NCBI GenBank assembly: GCA_963828195.1
Contig: CAWHDT010000002.1
Span: 14,391 to 78,390, forward strand
Length of the DNA stretch: 64,000 nucleotides
Origin: Candidatus Bathyarchaeota archaeon
Lineage (GTDB): Archaea > Thermoproteota > Bathyarchaeia > Bathyarchaeales > Bathycorpusculaceae
Direction of reading: 5' to 3'
Part shown: positions 1-10,139 of the stretch, one piece after another
How positions within the stretch are numbered: position 1 is the stretch's first letter
Layout of the letters: each line of letters opens with the position of its first letter
Program-made: the position numbers and the translations under genes
Notes under the pieces: model-generated
Told to the model about the DNA's origin: nothing
The model's database searches: none
Seen by the model: the letters and a program-made list of their open reading frames with translations, nothing else

Positions 1-483
1 GAAAAAAGTTGGAAAAACCTTGAGCACAGTCAACACAGAAAATAATCCGCTTAGGGCAACTGCAGCTACGCAGGCTAACGTCAACCTGACGTTTCGATGC
101 TCAGAGCCGATGGCGACGGAGCGGAAAGAAGCCTGAAATGAAGCGAAGAGCTGCAAAGCCGAAAACAAAAGCAAATCAAGGCCATTAAGGGTTACTCCCC
201 AGTTAGCTGAAGAGTTTGAGAGCCACCCTATTATAGCGCTCACAATAGAAATATAGACAAACGCCGCTGTAATAATCAGAAGCGTTAGAGATCCCGTAAG
301 CAAGTAACCTTTCGCCGAAAGATAAGCCACAGCAGAGCAGATTACTGCCACGAGTACGACATTGAGTCCTATCCTCAGATAAAGGGGATTAAAAACGTAA
401 TGGCCTCTCAAGCCCAGAGCAAGCTCAAGAACCAATGAAAGCGCAATGGCAACAATGGGGATAAGACCTGCATATTTGTTTAT
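1..483 (-). CDS. Partial polytopic membrane protein, possibly the sensor domain of a signalling protein; runs off the window start
   Basis: Manual translation gives an open hydrophobic frame (INKYAGLIPIVAIALSLVLELALGLRGHYVFNPLYLRIGLNVVLVAVICSAVAYLSAKGYLLTGS...) down to position 1. In-frame TGA at 492-490; start uncertain (ATA at 483 follows the SD-like AGGCTGA). Confidence 0.6.
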   Translation of the reverse strand, partial: MNKYAGLIPIVAIALSLVLELALGLRGHYVFNPLYLRIGLNVVLVAVICSAVAYLSAKGYLLTGSLTLLIITAAFVYISIVSAIIGWLSNSSANWGVTLNGLDLLLFSALQLFASFQASFRSVAIGSEHRNVRLTLACVAAVALSGLFSVLTVLKVFPTFF

Positions 484-602
484 ACTTTTTCAGCCTTCGT
501 GTGCGTACAACAAAACTATTCGTCAACATGCCATATTAGCCTTTCCTGAAAACAGGCAATGGCTCCGTTCTCAATCACAGGGAACCCGAGTTCTGATTAA
601 TA

Positions 603-1103
603 TTGGCAGTTCATAACGCTTTAGTAGATTCTTTGCTTAATTTAAGACCGCTTTCAAAAACAGTATCAATCATTGGCGCCAAGCAGGGAAAAAGCGAGTT
701 GGCAGAACTAATTAAAGAAGAGAATTTTGATCAAATATTACTGGAAGCTATTGACGAAGGATTATCAGGTCTCGGCGAAGCTGGGAAAGCCTCGATTTAC
801 ATTCACCTTGAAGCAATCTTCAACATCAGAAAACAGGAAATACCCAATAAACTGGATGTTTTCTCGACCGCACTGCAGCGGATTTTCGGTTTGGGAGCCC
901 CACAGCTGGAGAACTTGATCATGAAGCATCTTAATGCAAAAGTCGGGAGTCTATGCAGATTAGACGACCCCAATCGTCTTGCCCAGAACTTGACTTTCAC
1001 AAAATACGTTGAACTGATGAAGCTTAGCTACAGAAAAGAGGAAAAAATTGAAAAAATGGAGTTTCTGATAAATGCTGGAGAACAACAAGAACAACAGACT
1101 TGA
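603..1103 (+). CDS. Small signalling-associated protein (DUF3227/NitrOD5-like); true start probably TTG near 699
   Basis: Pattern FDQILLEAIDEGLSGLGE...IYIHLE...EIPNKLDVFSTALQRIFGLGA; lies directly upstream of a histidine kinase. Confidence 0.6.
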   Translation: MAVHNALVDSLLNLRPLSKTVSIIGAKQGKSELAELIKEENFDQILLEAIDEGLSGLGEAGKASIYIHLEAIFNIRKQEIPNKLDVFSTALQRIFGLGAPQLENLIMKHLNAKVGSLCRLDDPNRLAQNLTFTKYVELMKLSYRKEEKIEKMEFLINAGEQQEQQT

Positions 1104-3765
1104 AAATTTCACTGTTCTATTGAATCTTATCGCTGACCCTGTGTGCTTAATAGATGAAAAAGGAATCATCTTAGCAGTAAACCAAACCATAAGCCAAATT
1201 CTGGGATTTAGCGAGCAAGAACTAGTTGGAAAAAACGCATTGGATATAGGTTGCTTTGACCAAGAAAACAAAGCCAGCCTTATAAAAAACTTTGAGAAAA
1301 GAATGAAGGGTCTTGACTTAGCGCCCTACGAGGTTGAAGCCACCACCAAAAACGGCGAAATCAAATTATTTGAGGTAAAAGGGAAAAAAATCCGTTATAA
1401 TAACAAAATCGTTGATTTAGTGTTGTTACACGACGTAACAGAGCAAAAAAAGAAAACAGAGGAGAGAATTAATCTCTCAGAAGAGAAGTACAGGAACCTT
1501 TTCGAAAACGCACCTGACGTCATTGTTACATTTGATTTATCTGGAAAAATAACTTCGGTGAATAAAGCCATTGTGCAGCACGGCTTTAAGGAAAATGAAA
1601 TCGTCGGAAGCGACATATTCGAGCTTGTTCCAAGGGTATACTATCAAAAAATGCTCGCGGGACTAAAAAACCTCGCTGCTGGAAACGCAGCTCAAGGCGA
1701 AATCGAAATTCTAACGCCAAACGGGAAAAGAAGCGCAGAGTACAATAGCAACCCCATATGGCTAAACGGCAAAGTAGTTGGTTATCAAACAATAATTAGA
1801 GACACCACTGAACGCAAACACATGAACCTTAAACTTGGCGAAGCAGAACAGCGTTATCACGCTCTTTTCGATCAGGCGCCACTGGGCGTTTTGGTTATCA
1901 ACCCTGAAACCGCGAAGCCCGTCGAGTTCAACGACGCTGCCCACACTCAGCTGGGTTACTCCAGAGAAGAGTTTTCAAAACTGCGAATCCCAGATTTTGA
2001 AGCAAAGGAGACAACGGACGAAGTAAACACGCACTTAGCCAGAATGTTGACGGATGGAGGAGGCGAGTTTGAAACCAAGCACCGCACCAAAAACGGAGAG
2101 ATCAGAGATGTTCTAGTAACTACCAGGTCAGTTGAATTAAGGGGCAAAACGTTGCTCCACTGCATTTTCCATGACATAACAGAAATCAGAAAAGTGCAAG
2201 ATGCCCTTATGAAAAGCGAATCGCAATATCGCCAGTTAGTTAATGTTGCACAAGAAGGGATTTGGGCATTGGACGACCAATATCGCACGGTTTATGTTAA
2301 CTCTCGAATTGCGGAGATGTTGGGATACGTCGAAAGTGAAATGGTTGGAAGAAGTTTTTTTGATTTCATAGATCCCAAGATAGTTGAAATCGCCAAGCGC
2401 GATCTGGAGCAACGGCAACATGGAACGGTAGAACAATTCGAGTATGAGTTTCCGCGAAAAGACGGAACTCATGTATATACGAGCATATCTTCGTCACGGA
2501 TCAAAGATGATGAGGGAAACAGTATTGGAACGCTCGCGTTGGTGGCAGACATCACCGATCGCAAGAAAGCTGAAACATCTCTTAGAAGCTCAGAGGAAAA
2601 GTTCCGCAACCTCTCCGAACAATCGCCAAACATCATTTTCATCAATCAAAAAGGAAAAGTGGTCTATGCCAACGCTAAAGCCGAGGAAGCCACAGGATAC
2701 AAGAAGGAAGAATTCTATTCTCCAAAGTTCGATTTCATGACTTTGATTGCGCAGGAATCCAAAGAGCTCGTGAAGTCGAAATTCATCAAACACATGAAAG
2801 GCGAAGAAGTTCGTCCATACGAATATAAATTAATCACCAAAAAAGGGCAAACAAGAGACGCAATCAACTCTACAAAAGTGATCGATTTCAACGGGGAACA
2901 GGCAATTCTGGGCATAGAAACTGACATTACAGAAAACAAGAGACTGAAAGAAAAACTGGAGCAATACTCCATGCATCTTGAAAGCTTGGTCAAGAAGAGA
3001 ACTGTGCAGCTCGAGCAAACCCAAGCTCAACTTGTCAAATCCGAACGGTTAGCGGCTATCGGCGAGTTGGCAGGCATGGTGGTTCATGATTTGCGTAATC
3101 CGCTGACGGGCATCAAAAACGCTGCCTACTTCTTGAAGAAAAAAGGGAACTCTTGTACCGAAGCTCAATCTAAAGAGATGCTTGAAATCATCGATAAAGC
3201 AATTGATCATGCAAACAAAATCGTCAGTGACTTGCTGGACTACTCAAGAGAGATGCATCTGGAACTCACAGAAGTTGAGACGTCTGCGCTTTTGAATGAG
3301 GCAGTGCGGATGATTCAGGTTCCAGACAGGGTGCAAATCGTAAACCATGTTCTTGGAGAGACCTGGTTTAGGGTTGACGCTGACAAGATGATGCGGGTTT
3401 TCATAAACCTCATAAAAAACGCGATAGACGCCATGCCTGAAAAGGGAACGCTCGAAATCAGAAGTCGCCAGATGGGAGGACAGGTGGAAATTGCTTTCGC
3501 TGACACGGGCGTAGGTATATCTGACGAGGTTTTGCCGAAGATTTTCTCGCCGTTGTTCACAACTAAAGCGACGGGCATGGGATTTGGATTAGCCATATGC
3601 AAACGCGTCATAGAGTCGCATAGGGGCACGATAACGGTGAAAACAACCTTGAACAAAGGAACAACGTTCACGATAACTTTGCCTATTAAACCGAAGTTGG
3701 ATGGAGGTGAAAAAACATGGATAAGCATGCCAGAATCCTTGTTGTTGACGACGATGAAAGCATAA
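1072..3765 (+). CDS. Cytoplasmic multi-PAS (about 5 PAS/PAC) sensor histidine kinase
   Basis: Repeated PAS/PAC units ending DVTE/DTTE/DITE/DITD; H-box HDLRNPL, N-box NLIKNA, G boxes DTGVG and GMGFGL. Confidence 0.95.
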   Translation: MLENNKNNRLENFTVLLNLIADPVCLIDEKGIILAVNQTISQILGFSEQELVGKNALDIGCFDQENKASLIKNFEKRMKGLDLAPYEVEATTKNGEIKLFEVKGKKIRYNNKIVDLVLLHDVTEQKKKTEERINLSEEKYRNLFENAPDVIVTFDLSGKITSVNKAIVQHGFKENEIVGSDIFELVPRVYYQKMLAGLKNLAAGNAAQGEIEILTPNGKRSAEYNSNPIWLNGKVVGYQTIIRDTTERKHMNLKLGEAEQRYHALFDQAPLGVLVINPETAKPVEFNDAAHTQLGYSREEFSKLRIPDFEAKETTDEVNTHLARMLTDGGGEFETKHRTKNGEIRDVLVTTRSVELRGKTLLHCIFHDITEIRKVQDALMKSESQYRQLVNVAQEGIWALDDQYRTVYVNSRIAEMLGYVESEMVGRSFFDFIDPKIVEIAKRDLEQRQHGTVEQFEYEFPRKDGTHVYTSISSSRIKDDEGNSIGTLALVADITDRKKAETSLRSSEEKFRNLSEQSPNIIFINQKGKVVYANAKAEEATGYKKEEFYSPKFDFMTLIAQESKELVKSKFIKHMKGEEVRPYEYKLITKKGQTRDAINSTKVIDFNGEQAILGIETDITENKRLKEKLEQYSMHLESLVKKRTVQLEQTQAQLVKSERLAAIGELAGMVVHDLRNPLTGIKNAAYFLKKKGNSCTEAQSKEMLEIIDKAIDHANKIVSDLLDYSREMHLELTEVETSALLNEAVRMIQVPDRVQIVNHVLGETWFRVDADKMMRVFINLIKNAIDAMPEKGTLEIRSRQMGGQVEIAFADTGVGISDEVLPKIFSPLFTTKATGMGFGLAICKRVIESHRGTITVKTTLNKGTTFTITLPIKPKLDGGEKTWISMPESLLLTTMKA

Positions 3766-4169
3766 GAAGCACTGTGAAAGCAATCCTTGAGGATGAAGGT
3801 TACATCGTGGATTTAGCAGTTACCGGAAGAGAAGCAATCAAAAGAGCGGAAGAGACGGTGTACAATGTGGCGCTGATAGATATTCGTTTGCCTGACATGG
3901 AAGGAGTAGAACTGTTGCAGCTGATGAAGGAGACTGTTCCAAGAACCCGAAAAATAATGATGACGGGCTACCCATCTATGCAGAACGCTATTAATGCCTT
4001 GAACAAAAAAGCTGACGCTTACATGATTAAACCTGTCGATATCGAAAAGTTTCTAAACACACTTAAAGAACAGATAAAGCTGCAGGACAACGAAAGAGAA
4101 TTTAGCGAGCAAAAGATAGCTGAATTCATCGAAACCCGCGTAAACACCTTGTCAGCCGCCCACGTCTAG
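3717..4169 (+). CDS. Response regulator (receiver domain)
   Basis: ILVVDDD, phospho-Asp in LIDIRLPDMEG, MTG, KP; SD GGAGGTGA upstream. Confidence 0.95.
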   Translation: MDKHARILVVDDDESIRSTVKAILEDEGYIVDLAVTGREAIKRAEETVYNVALIDIRLPDMEGVELLQLMKETVPRTRKIMMTGYPSMQNAINALNKKADAYMIKPVDIEKFLNTLKEQIKLQDNEREFSEQKIAEFIETRVNTLSAAHV

Positions 4170-4396
4170 CCTCGCAATCAACAAACCTGTTTTATTTATT
4201 TCTTGAATTTTCAACTTTTACGCCGGATTAGCCACTTGTTTATTTCGGTCGATACCCAGGGGCTTGCAGATGGGAGTAGACCTTGAACCTTTACCCTCGG
4301 AGCGAAAGGGGATTTCGTGAGGCATCCCCTCGAAACGTAGTTTGGAAACAAAAAGCTAATTAATACATTCAGCAATCCTTATTTTCCGACACTAAA

Positions 4397-4960
4397 ATGA
4401 TACCTAAATACTTCTTTTTCACAAAAGGAGTTGGCAAACATAAAGAGCAACTCCAATCTTTTGAGTTAGCACTCCGAGATGCAGGCATCCAAATGTGCAA
4501 TTTGGTTAGCGTTTCAAGCATTGTGCCTCCTGGATGCGAGCAGTTGACCCGCGAAAAAGGTTTGAAGCTGGTGCAGCCTGGTGAAATCACCTTTGTCGTG
4601 ATCGCCCGCAACTCCACAAATGAACCCCACAGGCTTGTCGCGTCATCCATCGGCGTCGCTATTCCCTCAGGCAAAAACCAGTACGGCTACCTCTCAGAAC
4701 ACCACTCCTATGGACAAACAGATGAGTCAGCAGGCGACTACGCTGAAGACCTGGCGGCAACGATGCTTGCAACAACCATGGGCATCCAGTTTGACCCAGA
4801 AACAGCATGGGATGAACGCAAACAGCTCTTCAAAACCACGGGGCTAATCATCAAAACCGCCAACATAACACAGTCAGCGGCAGGCGACAAAAACGGGTTA
4901 TGGACAACAACTGTCGCAGCAGCCGTTTTCGTACCAGAAAATAACAAGCCAAAAGAGTAA
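4397..4960 (+). CDS. pdaD: Pyruvoyl-dependent arginine decarboxylase
   Basis: [22 protein letters not shown] (Ser-Ser cleavage site), [20 protein letters not shown]. Confidence 0.93.
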   Translation: MIPKYFFFTKGVGKHKEQLQSFELALRDAGIQMCNLVSVSSIVPPGCEQLTREKGLKLVQPGEITFVVIARNSTNEPHRLVASSIGVAIPSGKNQYGYLSEHHSYGQTDESAGDYAEDLAATMLATTMGIQFDPETAWDERKQLFKTTGLIIKTANITQSAAGDKNGLWTTTVAAAVFVPENNKPKE

Positions 4961-5002
4961 CCCAAAGTTTTATTTTCTTCTTTTTAAAAAAGGCGTGACT
5001 TC

Positions 5003-5503
5003 TTATCCCGCCTCAACAATAAGACAGACAGGGAAGCAGAAAAAATCACCGAAACTATAGAGTTTCCAAAAACATTCACTATAATCGGCAACCTTGCCTT
5101 GGCACTCTGGATTGCATTAGACGCGGTAGCATTCGTGCTCTTCAATGTGGCGGCTGCCGCGGTATTTCTCTTGGTTGCGCTCATCGGCATCTACGGCATA
5201 CTAAAGTTTCTAGGCTGCCTCAGACCCTGCTACAACTGCAAAAAATGCACTTTTGGCTTAGGCAGACTATCCGCGTTGTACTTCGGGAAACGCAGCCTAA
5301 AAGACTACAAACAAACCTACCGCCTAGGCACAGCCATCTTCTTCTACGCCCTAATCGGCCCATTTCCAGCAGCCGTCCTGCTAATTTCCACAATTCAAGT
5401 ATTCGCAGTCACCAAAATTGCGGTGCTACTTTGCCTCTTGTTGGCCTCAATTTACAGGGCCTTAACTTGGCGCACAACCCAAAAACTGCAAAAAAGCAAT
5501 TAG
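5003..5503 (+). CDS. Hypothetical membrane protein with CxxCxxCxxC motif; start uncertain (track start is 5099)
   Basis: About 4 hydrophobic segments and CLRPCYNCKKC; frame is open back to 4988. Confidence 0.65.
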   Translation, partial: LSRLNNKTDREAEKITETIEFPKTFTIIGNLALALWIALDAVAFVLFNVAAAAVFLLVALIGIYGILKFLGCLRPCYNCKKCTFGLGRLSALYFGKRSLKDYKQTYRLGTAIFFYALIGPFPAAVLLISTIQVFAVTKIAVLLCLLLASIYRALTWRTTQKLQKSN

Positions 5504-5532
5504 ATTTCGGCAATTTTTTGAGTTGCCCGAAG

Positions 5533-6339
5533 TCACTCCTCTTTTTGGTTGAAGAATGTTTCCAGCTTTGAGTTTTCTGTCTTCTTGAGAACTTCAGCGC
5601 AAGTTTTCGGGTCAAGCGCTTTGTATTCCAACCCAAGGGTGACCAACAGTCTCTGAACGTCTTTGGCTAGGCTGGGGGCAACGAGCACCGCGCGAATCGG
5701 GCGATTAACCTTGGCTTTGATGGGCTCAATGTATTTTGCCAATTGCAGCGCGGCTTCCTTCGACGCGGTTTTGCGTTTGACCTCTACGATTACGAGTTTG
5801 CCGTTTTTGTCTTCGCCGTAGATGTCCACGAACCCCGGCTCAACTTTTTTCTCCCAGCTGATCGGCTTGAAACCCTCTTCAAGAAGTTCAGGCTTAAGCA
5901 GGATTGCCCGATGCATGTCATCTTCGCTTGCGTGTAAAAGAAAATCGCCTGAATCATCCAAGTTTAAGGCTGAAACCATAAGCACACTGTCAAAGGTTAC
6001 TTTGACGTTTTCGCGTGGCTTCTGCCGCACCCCATGAACCTCCAGCGCGTCGTCTTTTACTTGGACATGAAAAACGCTGCCTGCAGGTTGCCAGTTGACT
6101 GGTTCGTAGCCGACTGGGCGGTGAACAAGAAGCGACCCATCCGACTTTATTATCAATATGCGTTCGCCAAGCTCAAGAGTTGAGCTAGCCCTACCGACGT
6201 AGACCACGTGGCATGCTCCTGCAACGATGAGGGTTCTTCTTTGGACGAAAGCTTTCTCAATGAGCGTGGCAGCTTCCGCAAGCGTTGGTTCGGTAAGGAC
6301 AGAGGTTTTGTTAGGTTGATGCAATTTGTTTTCAGCCAA
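5533..6339 (-). CDS. nucS: Mismatch endonuclease NucS/EndoMS
   Basis: YVGRASS, IIKSDGSLLVH, PVNWQP and RecB-like VDI...IVEVKR...QLAKY. Confidence 0.95.
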   Translation of the reverse strand: MAENKLHQPNKTSVLTEPTLAEAATLIEKAFVQRRTLIVAGACHVVYVGRASSTLELGERILIIKSDGSLLVHRPVGYEPVNWQPAGSVFHVQVKDDALEVHGVRQKPRENVKVTFDSVLMVSALNLDDSGDFLLHASEDDMHRAILLKPELLEEGFKPISWEKKVEPGFVDIYGEDKNGKLVIVEVKRKTASKEAALQLAKYIEPIKAKVNRPIRAVLVAPSLAKDVQRLLVTLGLEYKALDPKTCAEVLKKTENSKLETFFNQKEE

Positions 6340-6389
6340 CTATTTTAGTCGGACTGGGGGTAGATAAGATTTCTCGAAGGAAAGCACAG

Positions 6390-6941
6390 GTGGCAGGTTG
6401 GAAAGACAAACGCAGGGTAATGCAGCGTTATGATTTAACGGCTGAAATGTACGATGCGCGGTATTCTGGGGAGCAGGAGGCAAAATACAGGGTAGCGTTG
6501 CAAAACGTAGGTTTAGTGGGCGGCGCCGTTTTGGATGTGGGATGCGGCTCAGGCTTGTTTTTCAGCCATGTGGCGGCAAAAGCGAAGGCACTGGTGGGCG
6601 TTGATGTTTCACGCAGACTCTTGCTTAAAGCTAAGGAACAAGCACGTTCTTTCCAGAATGTTTTTGTTTTGCAAGCTGACGCTGACCACTTACCTCTCAG
6701 AGAAAAGTTTTTTGACTTTGAGTTCGCGTTCACGGTGCTTCAGAACATTCCGCAGCCCGCTGAAACACTGAACGAGTTAAAACGGGTTGCCAAACAGGGC
6801 GGCAAAGTCGTGGTAACTGGGTTGAAAAAAGCTTTTCCGCTCAATGCATTCATGGATGTTCTTGAAAACTCTGGTTTGAAGCTAGTTTCGTTTGTTGATG
6901 ATGAAGATTTGAAGTGTTATGTCGCTGTGTTAGCCGCTTAG
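6390..6941 (+). CDS. Class I SAM-dependent methyltransferase
   Basis: VLDVGCGSG, GVDVS, ADADHLP. Confidence 0.9.
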   Translation: MAGWKDKRRVMQRYDLTAEMYDARYSGEQEAKYRVALQNVGLVGGAVLDVGCGSGLFFSHVAAKAKALVGVDVSRRLLLKAKEQARSFQNVFVLQADADHLPLREKFFDFEFAFTVLQNIPQPAETLNELKRVAKQGGKVVVTGLKKAFPLNAFMDVLENSGLKLVSFVDDEDLKCYVAVLAA

Positions 6942-7386
6942 CCTGTTTTTTGAGCGCTGTGGTTAACTTTAATGGAATTTTTGAGGTGAAGATGCAGAAC
7001 CCTTTGACCCGAATTAGGGAGAAGGAGGGGAAATGCAAAACCCCGTGAACAGTATTGGGTTAAGTGGTTCTGGGCGACCGACTCTTCAACCGCCACTATA
7101 GAAGTAAGAGCTCTATTGGCATATTCTTGTGTATGTCCTCTTAGAATACATACAGTAGGTTGCCGGCTGAAAAGCCACAGAACCCTCTTCTTGCCCAAAA
7201 AAGATGACCAAAGCATACAAGCCCTAACAAATAACGATGGTTTTGTTTGCGTTATTAAAACAGTAAATAACCTAATGATTCAATCATGAATGTTCACAGG
7301 AACAATCGACTTAAACATGTCAAATTGTTTTAATAAGACGATTTTCCTTAGATGTGAACGCTCCAAGTTGAGGCTAAGAGAGTTTA

Positions 7387-9312
7387 ATGTTAATCCAAGA
7401 AGTTATCCTTGAAAATTTCATGAGTTACGAGTATGCCAGGGTACCGTTTAAACAAGGAGTAAACGTGATCGGAGGACCCAACGGCGCAGGCAAATCCTCA
7501 CTGCTCCTAGCTGTCTCGGTCGGCTTGGGGCAATCGTACACGGAGCGCTCGCGAAAACTAAGTGATTTAATCAGGTGGGGACAGAACCAAGCGCGAGTAA
7601 CACTTATTTTAGATAACAGCAAACAGGGAAATAAGCGTCCAGTACCAAAATACCAAAAAGACCAACTTTTCTTAACCCGCGTTTTGCACCGTGACGGCAA
7701 ATACGGGTTTGAGCTTGAAAACCGAGCCGTCGGCAAACAAGATGTTGAACGGTTACTGGGCAGATTCGGCGTTGACCCCGACAACATGCTTATCATCATG
7801 CATCAGAACATGGTTGAACAATTCACCGTGCTAAGCAACACAGAAAAACTACGCATGGTTGAAGAGGCAGTGGGCTTAGAACCGTTCCGCGGAAACGTCC
7901 TGCAAGCAAAAACAAAACTTACACGAATCCTCACACAGGAAGAATCAGTGAGCAAACTTTTAGAGCAAGCGCAGCAAACGCTCAATTACTGGCGGGAACA
8001 GTACGATAAATATCAAGAGAAAAAGCAACTTCAGATCAAACGCAGATTTTTGGATCGGGAATTAACCTGGGCAGAAGTAGAAAAACGAGAAAGCATAGTT
8101 AAAAATTTACAAGCGAACTTCAACAAAAACAAGGATGCTTTAAGCAAAATTGAAGAGCAGAAACTAGCCAATACTGACCAACTGAGAAGCCAACAGAACC
8201 AGCAGGAAGCCACGAAAAAAGAAGCAAAAACGGCTTTTGACGAAAGATTAAGCCTTGAAAAACAAATTGCCCAAAACCAATCCGCACAATCACTGATTGA
8301 GCAGCTGCTTGAGGAAACAAAAACGCTGCAGCAAGCAATCCAGAGCAGCAAAAGCCCAATTAAGCTTCTTAGAAACGAAAACCTAAAAGAAATGCTCAAA
8401 AATTCGCAGCAGCAAATCTCAGAGGCATGCAAGCAAGTTGAAGAAACCCAAGCGAAAATGCTAAGTCTGGAAGAGGTATCTGACAAGGTTACAGCCGAAA
8501 TGTTAGAGAAACGGGTAAACCTTGCCCTGCTTGAGTTTAAGCGTGCAAACGCGATCGTCAACTTAAAAGAGATTGAAAAGTCACTTAAGGAAGCTGAAGA
8601 AAACCTGAAGGCAACAATTCTGAAAGCTGAGCAGTCAGGTGAACGCATAGCTGTTCTGAAAAGTGCTTCTGAAATCCAAGATGAAATCAGCTTAACCGAT
8701 GGGCATCTGGCAGCACTTGCCGCTGTATCTGAGGATATAGAGCGCCAGTATGAATCTTACTCGAAACTTTATTTGGAGCTTAAAGAAAAAGCGCAGCTTG
8801 TAGCCGAAAACCGAGAGAAAACTCTTGAAGAAGTTAAAACCCGAATGCAGTCTTGGCGAACAGTTATGGAGAACCTGCTTAATCGCGTGAACGTGCAGTA
8901 CCAGCAAATCATGAGCCAGACTTCGGCAACTGGTGAAGTGCAACTATCCAACGCTCAAGATATTGAAACCGCCGGGTTAGAAATAATGGTTGGATTCAAA
9001 GGCGGAAAACCCGTGGCTCTTAACGCTTACACGCAGAGCGGCGGCGAACGAACCACTGCAACCATGAGTTTTCTCTTAGCCCTGCAGCAGCATGTACGCT
9101 CCCCCTTTCGCGCAGTAGATGAATACGACATTCACATGGACCCAAAAAACCGCGAGATGATCGCGAAAATCCTTCTATCAACAATCAAAGATGCCAACGC
9201 CCAGTACGTCGTGATTACTCCAAGCCAAATTACCTTCGCGCAAAAAGACGCTAACGTAATCACGGTTCAAAATATTGAGGGAAAATCTGTCGTGCGTGAG
9301 GTCGTTGCTTGA
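7387..9312 (+). CDS. Short SMC-family ATPase with SMC5/6-type head motifs
   Basis: LENFMSY, Walker A GPNGAGKSS, Q-loop IMHQ, long coiled coil, signature QSGGERT, Walker B PFRAVDEYDIHMD, VVITP. Confidence 0.9.
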   Translation: MLIQEVILENFMSYEYARVPFKQGVNVIGGPNGAGKSSLLLAVSVGLGQSYTERSRKLSDLIRWGQNQARVTLILDNSKQGNKRPVPKYQKDQLFLTRVLHRDGKYGFELENRAVGKQDVERLLGRFGVDPDNMLIIMHQNMVEQFTVLSNTEKLRMVEEAVGLEPFRGNVLQAKTKLTRILTQEESVSKLLEQAQQTLNYWREQYDKYQEKKQLQIKRRFLDRELTWAEVEKRESIVKNLQANFNKNKDALSKIEEQKLANTDQLRSQQNQQEATKKEAKTAFDERLSLEKQIAQNQSAQSLIEQLLEETKTLQQAIQSSKSPIKLLRNENLKEMLKNSQQQISEACKQVEETQAKMLSLEEVSDKVTAEMLEKRVNLALLEFKRANAIVNLKEIEKSLKEAEENLKATILKAEQSGERIAVLKSASEIQDEISLTDGHLAALAAVSEDIERQYESYSKLYLELKEKAQLVAENREKTLEEVKTRMQSWRTVMENLLNRVNVQYQQIMSQTSATGEVQLSNAQDIETAGLEIMVGFKGGKPVALNAYTQSGGERTTATMSFLLALQQHVRSPFRAVDEYDIHMDPKNREMIAKILLSTIKDANAQYVVITPSQITFAQKDANVITVQNIEGKSVVREVVA

Positions 9313-10139
9313 TGCAGTCAATAAAACAGCACAAGGAGCTGGGCAAAGAAAAGCTTGAGCGCATAATTGAAATGTGCATAGCCATCGAAAACCATTCAGT
9401 AGACCCCTTCACGCTAAATATTGATGAAATAATCAAAATAGTGAGAGAATATTTCCCCCATTGGGAACATCCTGACGAGTTAAAACTAGACGCAGAAGCA
9501 CTTCACCACTTAGCCTCCGTTATTAAACTGCAGAGCGAATGGGTCAAGCAACGGTCTTCATCGCTCTATACCGACCCGTTTTTGCTGGAAGAGAAAATCT
9601 TGCAAACGGGCAAGGAAGAGATGGCGAATATTTTTCTTAAAGCCTGGAACCCGCTAATCGAGTTTGAACAAATCAGCCTAAACACTTTAGCGCAGGGATT
9701 GCTTTACTGGGAAGCCTTGGCTCCACTTAGCGAAAGATGGAAAGACATTGCTGCCTCTGAAGTTTCTATGGGTTCCGTAAGCAGAGACGAACTGATTAAA
9801 CAGCGGGTTTTAAGTGACAAGGAATTTTCTGAAGAATTGAATTGCATCTGGCAGGAACTCAAAGACTGCGTAGCTAAGAAAGGACAGGACGGGAAAATCC
9901 ATTATTGGGATTTTATCGGGGCTGACACTTACGAGGAAACAGTTCAAAAAGCTTTCTTAACAAGTTTTCTGGTTACTTACGGTTACGCGACACTAGAAAT
10001 TGACAGGTTAGAAGAGCAGGTTTTCATAAAACCCTTCGACAAACCCAGAACCGAAATTTTAACGCAGCAGTCAACATCAGTTCCCATCGCTGTCTCATGT
10101 GAAGATTGGCAGAAATGGAAAAGAGGCGAATTGGATTGA
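9309..10139 (+). CDS. Kleisin-like subunit (ScpA-like N-terminus, Nse4-like C-terminal winged helix)
   Basis: VDPFTLNIDEII...LASVIKLQS resembles the ScpA N-terminus; IHYWDFI...ETVQKAFLTSFLVTYG resembles the Nse4 C-terminus; start overlaps the SMC stop. Confidence 0.72.
   Translation: MMQSIKQHKELGKEKLERIIEMCIAIENHSVDPFTLNIDEIIKIVREYFPHWEHPDELKLDAEALHHLASVIKLQSEWVKQRSSSLYTDPFLLEEKILQTGKEEMANIFLKAWNPLIEFEQISLNTLAQGLLYWEALAPLSERWKDIAASEVSMGSVSRDELIKQRVLSDKEFSEELNCIWQELKDCVAKKGQDGKIHYWDFIGADTYEETVQKAFLTSFLVTYGYATLEIDRLEEQVFIKPFDKPRTEILTQQSTSVPIAVSCEDWQKWKRGELD

Noticed and set aside
490-492. Selenocysteine or readthrough at the in-frame TGA upstream of the first ORF
   Set aside because: The TGA is part of an SD-like AGGCTGA, and the context is not a redox motif.
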